Source of the DNA: Collinsella aerofaciens
GTDB lineage: Bacteria > Actinomycetota > Coriobacteriia > Coriobacteriales > Coriobacteriaceae
NCBI GenBank assembly: GCA_048478035.1
Contig: DBGBCW010000015.1
Span: 29,962-93,961, forward strand
Reading direction: 5' to 3'
DNA: 64,000 nt
This document shows, one piece after another, positions 54,262 to 63,127 of the stretch (positions are counted from its first letter, which is position 1; each line of letters starts with the position of its first letter). Both the position numbers and the translations under genes were made by a program. The notes below the pieces were generated by a model. The model did no database searches. It was given only the letters and a program-made list of their open reading frames with translations, and was not told the DNA's origin.

Positions 54262-55173
54262 ATGCGTTCACAGGCGCGAAAACGGGAGATTGACGTGTAC
54301 GATCGACGACTTGTGGCCATATCGGCCGCTGCGGAGTTGGGAAGCTTCTCGCGTGCGGCGGCAAAATTGCGCGTGTCGACCCCGGCGCTCGTCAAGCAGG
54401 TGTCGGGCTTCGAGGCCGAGTTTGGCGTCACGTTGTTCGAGCGCTCGCATTCTGGTGTTAAGGTGACGCCGGCAGGTGCTCTGCTGGTGGACGATGCACG
54501 CTCGATCATGCGGCAGTCCGAGGACGCGCTACGCCGTGCCCGACGCGCGGCGGGCGATGGCGGGGCCGTGCGTCTGGGCGTGTCGATGATGTGTCCGGGG
54601 CGCCAGACGCTGTCGATGTGGACGGGCGTACACGAGCTGGAACCGTCGCTGCGATTTGAGATCGTGCCGGTGAGCGACCTCTACGACGAGCGCGAGACCG
54701 TCATGCGCAGCTTGGGCCGCGAGGTGGATGTAGTGCAGTCGAGTTTTTCGACCCCGCGCTGGGGCGACGCCTGCCAAAAGCTCCGCATCGTTAACGTGCC
54801 GTTTTATATCGACCTGCCGCGCACGAGCCCGCTGGCGCGCAAGAATCGCATTACGGTCGCCGACTTGGAGGGCATGCGCCTACGCGTGCTCCGTCACGGC
54901 AACGACGCAATGGACAGCCTGCGTATCGACCTTCTGGCCGACGGCGGCGTTGACGTGATCGACGTGGACAGCTTTGACTTTGCGCTCTTTAACGAGGCAG
55001 AGGAAAAGGGCGACGCGGTGCTCACCTGCGGCGCGTGGTCGGGGGTGCACCCGGCCTTTGTGGGCGTGCCGTTCCTGTGCGGGCGAGAGGCGCCGGTCTT
55101 TCTGCACTACCCGCTCGAGCCCACCCTCCAAGTCCAAAAATTCGTCAACGCCATGGCCCAACTCCTCAACTAG
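54262..55173 (+). CDS. LysR family transcriptional regulator, divergent from the SDR-MFS-oxidoreductase operon
   Basis: LysR HTH (AAAELGSFSRAAAKLRVSTPALVKQVSGFEAEFGVTLFERS). The start codon is uncertain by a few codons. Confidence 0.85.
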   Translation: MRSQARKREIDVYDRRLVAISAAAELGSFSRAAAKLRVSTPALVKQVSGFEAEFGVTLFERSHSGVKVTPAGALLVDDARSIMRQSEDALRRARRAAGDGGAVRLGVSMMCPGRQTLSMWTGVHELEPSLRFEIVPVSDLYDERETVMRSLGREVDVVQSSFSTPRWGDACQKLRIVNVPFYIDLPRTSPLARKNRITVADLEGMRLRVLRHGNDAMDSLRIDLLADGGVDVIDVDSFDFALFNEAEEKGDAVLTCGAWSGVHPAFVGVPFLCGREAPVFLHYPLEPTLQVQKFVNAMAQLLN

Positions 55174-55216
55174 CTCATTTGGGACGGGGCTTTTTTGACT
55201 ACCCTTTGCTACGGGT

Positions 55217-56308
55217 TTAGCGATCCTCGCGTTGCGGCCCGGCCGCCTCGGCTGTCTTTACGCGGTTCTTATCGACGTACATGTTCTTGTCGGCCTGGGA
55301 AAAGAGTTCGCGCATGGTAGGCGGCTCGTCAAAATCACTGGAAAGCGCATAGCCCACCGCATAGCTGATAGGCATGTCGGGGTGAGCCTCGGAATACTCG
55401 TTCACGTTCGCACGAACCCGAGCGAGACAGGACTCCACGGCAACTCGATCGGCATCCCACAGCACCGCGATAAACTCATCGCCGCCGTCGCGGCCCACAA
55501 AGCAGGCCTCGGACGCCACGCGCCCCAGCTGCTGGGCAAAAGAACGGATGTATTCGTCACCCTTCTCGTGGCCAAAGGTGTTATTGACCGTATGCAGGTT
55601 GTTAAGATCGAAGACGCACACCACAACGGGCGCCTCCGCGGAGACAGGCTGCTCCTGCCCCAAGACCTCCTCGCACTTGTTCTTGTTGGGCAGTCCTGTG
55701 GCTTCGTCGAGATAGACTTTGCTCTGCAGTTCGCGATTGAGCGCGGCAGTTCGCACCGCGCGAACAAGTTCGACCGCAAAGGTCGCCACCAAGCCCACGA
55801 TGTCGATGATCACCAAGCCCTCGAGATAGTTGAGCGCCGACGCCTTCTCCTGAGAGTAGTCCTCTGCGAGTCGTGTGGCATCGTCACAAATACCAAAGAA
55901 CTCCTCGCTCATCGCGATGATATCGGTGTTCTCGTAGCCGACTTCGCACACGCGGGCAATCTCGGCGCGAAGCTCGTCAAAATAGTTCGCGAGTTCGGTC
56001 ATCTTTGCCTGGTACTCATCGTCATCGAGACGGACGAGATTGAGGTCGTCACTTCCGTAACGCAAACCGTTGATGTATGAATCCACGGCTTTGAGCAGGT
56101 CATCTTGAGGCTGGCCCGCATCCTCGAGCTTAACGATTCGCTGCGTGGTACCGCGCACCAGACCGGCGTAGTTGACCACACGCGCCGTGCCCTGGATATC
56201 GGAGACGAGCAGCATAACATTGATGAAGAAGAAGATGAGAACTGCCGTGAGCACCATCATGAGCAGGCGCACCGCCTGGCCGGCCTTCTTGGCGACAGAA
56301 GTATTCAC
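55217..56308 (-). CDS. Diguanylate cyclase (GGDEF) with an N-terminal membrane-flanked PilJ/NarX-like sensor domain
   Basis: TM helix, YAGLVRGTTQRIVKL sensor-type motif, second TM helix, then a GGDEF domain (LPNKNK..., GHEKGDEYI, GRDGGDEFIAV). GTG start with an AGGGGAG RBS. Confidence 0.85.
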   Translation of the reverse strand: MNTSVAKKAGQAVRLLMMVLTAVLIFFFINVMLLVSDIQGTARVVNYAGLVRGTTQRIVKLEDAGQPQDDLLKAVDSYINGLRYGSDDLNLVRLDDDEYQAKMTELANYFDELRAEIARVCEVGYENTDIIAMSEEFFGICDDATRLAEDYSQEKASALNYLEGLVIIDIVGLVATFAVELVRAVRTAALNRELQSKVYLDEATGLPNKNKCEEVLGQEQPVSAEAPVVVCVFDLNNLHTVNNTFGHEKGDEYIRSFAQQLGRVASEACFVGRDGGDEFIAVLWDADRVAVESCLARVRANVNEYSEAHPDMPISYAVGYALSSDFDEPPTMRELFSQADKNMYVDKNRVKTAEAAGPQREDR

Positions 56309-56498
56309 AAGTTCACTCCCCTAAATGACAAAAGAACAGGTAGCACGCAGTGTGCTGAAATTCATGGGTGGTTAACTCTACCATATGGGCCAGCAGCCTC
56401 AAACTGCAGCAGACGCTCGTCCAAATTGGCGTGACGCTTGCCTTGTTGTTCTTGACCTGGCCGCGCTATCGGACATGCTTCTGGTCTTGGATCACCAT

Positions 56499-56670
56499 GG
56501 GAAAGCTCATCCCGTTTTGTGCGTCTAGAGTGGGATGCGGCTTCCCAAAGGTGCCGTTAGGGGAAACCACATCCCGGTTTATGCCCTTGAAATGGGATGC
56601 CGTTTCCCGGAGGGGGCCCAGCGGGAAACGGCATCCCATTTTGGGCCCGAAAAGTGGGATACGGTTTCCG
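56499..56670. repeat. Array 3: BIME-like tandem array, 3 units, 62-nt period
   Basis: R arms start at 56531, 56593 and 56655. L arms start at 56499, 56561 and 56623. The unit at 56593-56637 is a perfect 15-bp inverted pair. Confidence 0.8.
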
Positions 56671-56682
56671 GCCGGCATGAAT

Positions 56683-56717
56683 AAAGCCTCCGCAGCTCGT
56701 GTGGCTGCGGAGGCTTT
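56683..56717 (-). terminator. Rho-independent terminator of ABC operon 3
   Basis: aaagcctccgcagc / gctgcggaggcttt perfect 14-bp stem. U-rich tail on the minus strand (tttattcat). Confidence 0.75.
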
Positions 56718-56841
56718 ATTCGTTGCGGCGCATTGTGTTTGGGTCGTTGAGATGAGTCGATTTGCCCCGAAAGAGGAGGGCATTGACCTTAGGGTCATGC
56801 CCGACGAATGAGCGGCAAATCGGCCATCTCGGCGAGCCGAA

Positions 56842-58761
56842 CTACTCCAGCTCAAACGCCCCGGTATAGAGCTGATAGTAGTATCCGCGCTTGGCGATCA
56901 GCTCGTCGTGGTTGCCACGCTCGATAATGCGGCCGTGGTCCAGGCAGATGATCGCGTCGGAGTTGCGCACGGTGGACAGGCGGTGCGCGATGACAAACGT
57001 CGTGCGGCCCTCCATGAGCTTATCCATGCCCGCCTGCACGATGGCCTCGGTGCGGGTGTCAATGGAGCTCGTGGCCTCGTCCAGGATCATTGCCGGCGGA
57101 TCGGCGACGGCAGCACGTGCGATCGAAATCAGCTGGCGCTGGCCCTGCGACAGCTGCGCGCCGTTGCCGGTGAGCATCGTGTCGTAGCCGTCGGGCAGGC
57201 GGGTGATAAAGTCGTCGGCGCCCGCGAGCTTGGCTGCCGCGATGCACTCCTCGTCGGTGGCGTCCAGGTTGCCGTAGCGGATGTTGTCCATCACGGTGCC
57301 GGTGAACAGGTTCACGTCCTGCAGTACGACGCCCAGCGAGCGGCGCAGATCGGCCTTGCGGATCTTGTTGACGTTGATGCCGTCGTAGCGGATCTTGCCG
57401 TCGGCGATGTCGTAGAAGCGGTTGATGAGGTTGGTGATGGTCGTCTTGCCCGCACCGGTGGCGCCGACAAACGCGACCTTCTGGCCCGGCTTGGCAAACA
57501 CGGACACGCCGTGCAGCACCTCGTGGTCGGGCGTGTAGCCAAAGTCGACGTTGTCCATGACCAGGTCGCCGCGCAGCGGTACGTACTCGATCTCGCCGGT
57601 TGCGCGGTGCGGGTGTTTCCATGCCCACATGCCGGTGTGGTGGTCGGCCTCCTCGAACTCCCAAGTCTCGGGGTTCACCTGCGCGTTGACGAGCGTCACG
57701 TAGCCTTCGTCGGTCTCGGGCTTCTCGTCGATGAGCTCAAAGATGCGGTCGGCGCCGGCGAGGCCCATGACCACGGCGTTGATCTGCTGCGAGATCTGAC
57801 CGATCTGTCCGCAGAACTGCTTGGTCATGTTGAGGAACGGCACCACGACGGCGATGGACAGCGTCATGCCCGAGATGCTCAGGTTGGGCACGCCCAGCGC
57901 CAGGAAAATGCCGCCGGCAAGGGCCACCAACACGTAGAGCAGGTTGCCCAGGTTCATAAGGATAGGCATGAGGATGTTGGCGTACATGTTGGCCTTCTGC
58001 GAGACCTCGAAGAGCTTTTCGTTGCGCTCGTCAAAATCGGCCTCGGCGGCAGACTCGTGGCAGAATGCCTTGACGACCTTCTGGCCGTTCATGACTTCCT
58101 CGATATGGCCCTCGACCACGCCGAGCTCGGACTGCTGCGCAATAAAGAAACGCGCAGAGTTGGAGCCGAGCAGCTTGGTCATAAAGGTCATAAAGACGAC
58201 GCCGGCCACAATGACCAGGCACATCCACACGCTGTAGTACAGCATGATAAAGAATACCGTGACGATGACGATGGTCGTCATGAGCAGGTTGGGCAGCGAC
58301 TGGCTGATCATCTGGCGCAGCGTGTCGATGTCGTTGGTGTAGTGGCTCATGATGTCGCCGCGCTGGTGCGTGTCGAAGTAGCGAATCGGCAGGTCCTGCA
58401 TGCGGTTGAACATCTTCTCGCGCAGCTTCTCGAGCGAGCCCTGCGTGACGATGGCCATGGCGCGGTTCCAGAAGAGCGAAGACAGGATGCCGACGCCGTA
58501 GATGCAGGCGAGGGTAGTCACGAGCTGTGCGATCTTGGGCTGTGCGGCTTCCCAATCGCCCGACTGCCACGATTCGCTAATAATCTGCAGGGCGCTCTGA
58601 AGGAAGGTCGCGCCGATGGAGTTGATGATGGCGCAGAGCACCACGCCGACGACGACGAGGGGCAAAAGCACGGGGTAGAAGCCAAAGAGCGTCTTGATGA
58701 GGCGCGACATGGTGCCGCCCTTGCGGTTGAGCGCGCGCTCGGCGGTCGTTGCCTTACTCAT
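56842..58761 (-). CDS. ABC exporter, fused permease/ATPase half-transporter (pair 3, subunit B)
   Basis: Start ATG 58761 overlaps the upstream stop (ATGAGTAA). Walker A GATGAGKTT, signature LSQGQRQL, Walker B MILDEATSSID. Confidence 0.9.
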   Translation of the reverse strand: MSKATTAERALNRKGGTMSRLIKTLFGFYPVLLPLVVVGVVLCAIINSIGATFLQSALQIISESWQSGDWEAAQPKIAQLVTTLACIYGVGILSSLFWNRAMAIVTQGSLEKLREKMFNRMQDLPIRYFDTHQRGDIMSHYTNDIDTLRQMISQSLPNLLMTTIVIVTVFFIMLYYSVWMCLVIVAGVVFMTFMTKLLGSNSARFFIAQQSELGVVEGHIEEVMNGQKVVKAFCHESAAEADFDERNEKLFEVSQKANMYANILMPILMNLGNLLYVLVALAGGIFLALGVPNLSISGMTLSIAVVVPFLNMTKQFCGQIGQISQQINAVVMGLAGADRIFELIDEKPETDEGYVTLVNAQVNPETWEFEEADHHTGMWAWKHPHRATGEIEYVPLRGDLVMDNVDFGYTPDHEVLHGVSVFAKPGQKVAFVGATGAGKTTITNLINRFYDIADGKIRYDGINVNKIRKADLRRSLGVVLQDVNLFTGTVMDNIRYGNLDATDEECIAAAKLAGADDFITRLPDGYDTMLTGNGAQLSQGQRQLISIARAAVADPPAMILDEATSSIDTRTEAIVQAGMDKLMEGRTTFVIAHRLSTVRNSDAIICLDHGRIIERGNHDELIAKRGYYYQLYTGAFELE

Positions 58762-60568
58762 GTGCCTCGCCTCCTTCCTGGGTCTGAGCCTGCGTTGCGG
58801 ATGCCTCGGTGTCGGCCTCGACGGCCCCTTCGCCCTCGGCAGACATCTTGTTTTGCGAGGTAAAGGTCTCGCGGTAGATCTCGCTCGTCTTAAGCAGCTC
58901 GTCATGGTTGCCGATCTGCGCGATACGGCCGCCCTCCATGACGATGATGCGGTCTGCATCCTGTACGGAGCTAATGCGCTGGGCGATGATGAGCTTGGTC
59001 GTGTTGGGCAGATAGCTTGCCAACCCTGCGCGAATCTTGGCGTCGGTCTTGGTGTCGACGGCGCTAGTGGAGTCGTCCAGGATCAAGATCTTGGGGCGAC
59101 GCAGCAGGGCACGCGCAATGCACAGGCGCTGCTTCTGACCGCCGGAAACATTGGAGCCGCCCTGCTCGATCCAGGTGTCGTAACCCTTGGGGAAGCCGTC
59201 GACAAACTCATCGGCGCAGGCCAGATGTGCCGCCTCGCGGACTTCCTCGTCGGTGGCGTTCGGGTCGCCCCAGCGCAGGTTCTCGGCGATGGTGCCGCTA
59301 AACAGCACGTTTTTCTGTAGTACCATGGCCACTTGGTGACGCAGTGCGTCCAGGTCGTAGTCGCGCACGTCCATGCCGCCCACGCGCACGGTGCCTTCGG
59401 TGGCGTCGTACAGGCGGGCGATGAGGTTTACGAGCGTGGACTTGGCCGAGCCGGTGCCGCCGATGATGCCGATGGTCTCGCCGCTCTTAATGTGCAGGTC
59501 GATATCGTCGAGCGCCTGGCGCTTCGCATGCGCGGAATACTTAAAGCTCACGTGGTCAAAGTCGATGGAGCCGTCGGCAACCTCGAGCACGGGCTCGGCG
59601 GGATCGGCGATCGTGGGCTCGGCGGCCAGCACCTCGGTAATGCGGTGCGCCGATTCGTCGGCCATGGTCACCATGACAAAGATCATCGACAGCTGCATCA
59701 GGCTCATGAGGATCTGAAAACCGTAGGTAAAGATCGAGGAGAGCTGGCCCACGTCGAACAGCGTGCCCTGGCTCGTGATGATGAGCTTGGAGCCCAGGTA
59801 GATGATGACGACAAACGCGCCGTTGACGCAGATGTTCATCATGGGGTTGTTAAAGGCGAGCAGCTTCTCGGCGCGGGTGAAGTCCATCTGGACGTCGCGT
59901 GCGGCGGTCGCGAACTTCTCCTTCTCAAAGTCTTCGCGCACATAGCTCTTGACCACGCGCATGCCGGTGACGTTTTCCTCGACGGACTCGTTAAGGGCGT
60001 CGTACTTGTGGAACACGCGCGAGAAGATGGGGCGCACCTTAAAGATGATAAAGAACAGTCCAAAGCCCAGTAGCGGAATGATGGCCAGGTAGACCATGGC
60101 GACGCTGCCGCCCATGATAAACGCCATGGTAAAGGCGAAGATCAATACCAGCGGCGCGCGCACGGCGATACGGATAATCATCATAAAGGCCTGCTGAACG
60201 TTGTTGATGTCGGTGGTCAGGCGCGTGACGAGCGAGGAGCTCGAGAACTCATCGATGTTGGCAAAGCTGAACGTCTGGATCTTGTAGAACAGGTCGTGAC
60301 GCAGGTTCTTGGCGAAGCCGCAACTCGCATGGCTGCAGGTGACGCCGGCAGCGGCGCCAAAAGCAAGCGACGTAAGCGCGATGAGCACCAAAAAGCCCGC
60401 GGTGGGAAGCATCTCGGCTACGGTGGCACCGTCTTTGATGGCGTCGATTAGGTTGGCGGTGATAAATGGAATCAGCATCTCGCAGAGCACCTCGCCAAGC
60501 ACGAGCAACGGCGTGGCAACGGTGACTTTCATATAGTCGCGGATGCTTCCCATGAGGGTTTTAATCAT
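58754..60568 (-). CDS. ABC exporter, fused permease/ATPase half-transporter (pair 3, subunit A)
   Basis: GGGAGG RBS. Walker A GGTGSAKST, signature VSGGQKQR, Walker B ILILDDSTSAVD. The start overlaps the MarR stop (ATGATTAA). Confidence 0.9.
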   Translation of the reverse strand: MIKTLMGSIRDYMKVTVATPLLVLGEVLCEMLIPFITANLIDAIKDGATVAEMLPTAGFLVLIALTSLAFGAAAGVTCSHASCGFAKNLRHDLFYKIQTFSFANIDEFSSSSLVTRLTTDINNVQQAFMMIIRIAVRAPLVLIFAFTMAFIMGGSVAMVYLAIIPLLGFGLFFIIFKVRPIFSRVFHKYDALNESVEENVTGMRVVKSYVREDFEKEKFATAARDVQMDFTRAEKLLAFNNPMMNICVNGAFVVIIYLGSKLIITSQGTLFDVGQLSSIFTYGFQILMSLMQLSMIFVMVTMADESAHRITEVLAAEPTIADPAEPVLEVADGSIDFDHVSFKYSAHAKRQALDDIDLHIKSGETIGIIGGTGSAKSTLVNLIARLYDATEGTVRVGGMDVRDYDLDALRHQVAMVLQKNVLFSGTIAENLRWGDPNATDEEVREAAHLACADEFVDGFPKGYDTWIEQGGSNVSGGQKQRLCIARALLRRPKILILDDSTSAVDTKTDAKIRAGLASYLPNTTKLIIAQRISSVQDADRIIVMEGGRIAQIGNHDELLKTSEIYRETFTSQNKMSAEGEGAVEADTEASATQAQTQEGGEAHE

Positions 60569-61067
60569 CCAGTTCCTCCCAGGTTACACGGATTTTATCG
60601 AGCATTTCGGCGAGGTCCTCACGCTCGTCGTGGGTGAGCGCGCTAAAGGCCCGTTTTCTAAAGCGGATGCGGGCCGCCTGGTCGATGCGGGCGTTTTCCC
60701 GGCCGGTTTCGGTCAGGCGAATGGTGAGTTGCCGTCGATCCTTGGGGTTACGGCTGCGCTCGATGAGACCGTTGACCTCGAGCTTGGACAGGATCTCGGA
60801 AAGCGACCCCGGCTTGAGGTCAAAGTGCATGCCGAGTTCCTGCTGCGACATCTCGCCGCCGGGCTGCTTGGCCAGCAGGCAGATGATGGGCGCCTTGCCG
60901 GACACGCCTCCGCCATGAAAATGCATGTAATGGCCGCAAAAACCCAGGCCGCTCAGGATGCGCTTGGCAAGCTTGTCTTCCGAGCTAACCGCTTCGGGTA
61001 CATCCGCCGGCTGTGACGGGTCGCCGCCGGGCTCGTGCGAACAAAGGCTAAGAGGTTCATCGCACAT
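60561..61067 (-). CDS. MarR family transcriptional regulator, first gene of ABC operon 3
   Basis: MarR winged helix (MSQQELGMHFDLKPGSLSEILSKLEVNGLIERSRNPKDRRQLTIRLTETG). Confidence 0.85.
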   Translation of the reverse strand: MCDEPLSLCSHEPGGDPSQPADVPEAVSSEDKLAKRILSGLGFCGHYMHFHGGGVSGKAPIICLLAKQPGGEMSQQELGMHFDLKPGSLSEILSKLEVNGLIERSRNPKDRRQLTIRLTETGRENARIDQAARIRFRKRAFSALTHDEREDLAEMLDKIRVTWEELDD

Positions 61068-61091
61068 GAATTAGTGCCGCTCCTTTCTTTA

Positions 61092-61121
61092 GTTAGGTAG
61101 TGGAATTGTTTTGTGCCTAAC
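61092..61121. promoter_or_regulatory. Candidate MarR operator: imperfect inverted repeat upstream of the MarR gene
   Basis: GTTAGGTA-N14-TGCCTAAC (7 of 8 positions complementary), 25-55 nt upstream of the MarR start codon. Confidence 0.25.
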
Positions 61122-61168
61122 CAATCTAGGAGCATGAGAAATGAATGTCAAGGTACCAAACTTATTAA

Positions 61169-61331
61169 GTTACGGCGTTTTGCCAAACGCCGTAACCGCT
61201 CGACGCTGCAAACCCGCCAGAGCGGCAATCTGCCTTTCAACTTCGGCGGCATGACCAGAAGGTCAATGCCACCTTGTTTCAAGGCACCTTGCTCGCTCTG
61301 GCGGGTTTTCGCTGACTTCGCCAAAACATCG
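61169..61331. repeat. Q element copy 2
   Basis: 12-bp hairpin gttacggcgttt-tgcc-aaacgccgtaac, then the same block order as 19033-19192. Confidence 0.6.
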
Positions 61332-61343
61332 GCGTTGTCCGAC

Positions 61344-61464
61344 TAGTCGTTTTGGCACTTGGGGACACTCCTTGTGCTGATAGTCGTTGGGGACGTTCTT
61401 GTTTGCCTAGTCATTTAAGAACGTCCCCAACGACTAACTTAAGAACGTCCCCAACGACTAACTT
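61344..61464. repeat. Nested palindrome built from four copies of a 20-mer (two forward, two reverse)
   Basis: tagtcgttggggacgttctt (61381-61400) pairs perfectly with aagaacgtccccaacgacta (61417-61436). A perfect tandem 24-mer lies at 61417-61440 and 61441-61464. A disrupted forward copy lies at 61344-61373. Confidence 0.8.
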
Positions 61465-61616
61465 AAAACTATGCCGGATTACGGGGCTGAACGACGGATT
61501 GCCGACCATGCCGAAATTGGTAAAAAGAAAACCGCAGGTAGAAGGCTCGCTATGATTTGAAAATAGGGGGTGTGGTTGGCTCATTCAGGTTCAGCCCCGT
61601 AATCCGGCATAGTTTT
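61465..61616. repeat. Perfect 28-bp inverted repeats flanking a 96-bp AT-richer core (MITE or inverton candidate)
   Basis: aaaactatgccggattacggggctgaac (61465-61492) is the exact reverse complement of 61589-61616. Confidence 0.85.
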
Positions 61617-61798
61617 GAAATGGCACTGAATAAGTGGCGGCAAATGAGCCGCAATGAAGCAAGCTAGCCCCTCGTTTCCGAAACCTTTCCGCAACAATCT
61701 GCTCTTCGCACTGCTCGACTCCGCTCGCAACGTCCCCTGCGCTACACTTAGTTGCACTGTGGCGCCGTTGCGCCGCGCCCGACCCAAGGGGGACACTC

Positions 61799-62623
61799 AT
61801 GAAGAACACTCAGCTGCTGCTGATCAACGATATGTGCGGATACGGCAAGGTCGCGCTTTCCGCCATGCTGCCGGTGCTGTCGCACATGGGTTACCGTATC
61901 CATAACCTGCCGACGGCACTTGTGTCCGATACGCTCAACTATCCCAAGTTCTACATCCACGACACCACCGAGTACGTGCGCCAAAGCCTCGCTATCTGGG
62001 AGGAGCTCGGCTTTGAGTTCGACGCCATCTCGACCGGCTTTATCGTGACCGAGGAAGAGACGCGCATCATCTCGGACTTTTGCCACCGCCGTGCGCAAAA
62101 GGGCACCAAGGTGTTCGTTGACCCCATCATGGGCGACAACGGCAAGCTCTATGCGGGCGTGCCCGAGTCCACAATCGGTCTCATGAGGCACCTGCTCGAG
62201 TGCGCCGACTACGCGGTTCCCAACTACACCGAGGCCTGTTTGCTCACCGACACGCCTATCGTCGAGCAAATTACGCCCGATGAGGCCCGCGCCCTTGTGG
62301 ACGCTGTGCGCGAGCTGGGTGCCAAGTCGGTGGTCATTACGAGCGCCGTAGTCAATGGCACGAACGCGGTTATTGGTTACGACCATGTGGCGGGGGAGTA
62401 CTTTACGATTCCCTTTGAGCTCATTCCGGTCTATTTCCCGGGCACGGGCGACACGTTCTCGGCGGTGCTCGTCGGCCGCGTTATGGCAGGCTGGAGTCTG
62501 CAGCGCGCGACGTCCGATGCCATGCGCGTGGTGGCAGAGCTTATCGAACGCAATGCCGACCAAGAGGACAAATCGGCCGGCCTTCCCATCGAGGCTTGCC
62601 TGGATGTGGTTGACCATGAGTAA
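61799..62623 (+). CDS. pdxK: Pyridoxal/pyridoxamine kinase family protein
   Basis: Ribokinase-fold PdxK/PdxY features (LLINDMCGYGKVALSAMLPVLS, DPIMGDNGKLY, GTGDTFSA). Confidence 0.8.
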   Translation: MKNTQLLLINDMCGYGKVALSAMLPVLSHMGYRIHNLPTALVSDTLNYPKFYIHDTTEYVRQSLAIWEELGFEFDAISTGFIVTEEETRIISDFCHRRAQKGTKVFVDPIMGDNGKLYAGVPESTIGLMRHLLECADYAVPNYTEACLLTDTPIVEQITPDEARALVDAVRELGAKSVVITSAVVNGTNAVIGYDHVAGEYFTIPFELIPVYFPGTGDTFSAVLVGRVMAGWSLQRATSDAMRVVAELIERNADQEDKSAGLPIEACLDVVDHE

Positions 62624-62945
62624 CGCCGACGAGAGCAGCACCGAGGCAGCGGGCGAGAACAGGCCGCTCGGCGCGCCGCGTGGCAAGCGTCCGCGTATCC
62701 GTATTAGCTGCGTGGACCAGCTGGGTGCGTGCCGTTGTCACCACGGGCACAAGCCGGGCGATGTCTTCGACTTCGATCGCGATCGCGGCAAGATGTGCGC
62801 CATGGCCTGCCACGTGGGCTTTCCCTATATCGATATCCTGCGCTATGGCGGGACCGTGCCTGGCAACGAGCCCGGCACGGCAAAGTTCTGCTGCCCCGAA
62901 GTCGATACACTGAACGTCTGGCTTGCCAAGATCGTTGACGAGTAG
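62616..62945 (+). CDS. Small Cys/His-rich protein, TIGR04076-like
   Basis: The start overlaps the pdxK stop (ATGAGTAA). Cys pattern is CxxxxxxCxC, CxxxC and CC (LGACRCHHGHKPGDVFDF, MCAMACHVGFPYIDILRYGG, FCCPE). Family assignment is from memory only. Confidence 0.6.
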   Translation: MSNADESSTEAAGENRPLGAPRGKRPRIRISCVDQLGACRCHHGHKPGDVFDFDRDRGKMCAMACHVGFPYIDILRYGGTVPGNEPGTAKFCCPEVDTLNVWLAKIVDE

Positions 62946-62956
62946 TCGAGCGCAAT

Positions 62957-62985
62957 GTGTCAAAGGGACAGCCCCTTTGACACAT
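62957..62985. repeat. Conserved palindrome family copy with a compensatory arm change
   Basis: tgtgtcaaagggacagcccctttgacaca. Relative to 51819, A to T in the left arm is matched by T to A in the right arm. Confidence 0.7.
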
Positions 62986-63127
62986 TCGCCGGTGGTGCCC
63001 CTTCTTTTGCTTATAATCTCAAATCTCTGCATTTCATCCGATTTTAGGTTCTAAAAATTCTGCGTTTCATCGATAATCAAGCATATAAAACTTTGCATTT
63101 CATTCGATAACACCGAGGGGAGAGCCT

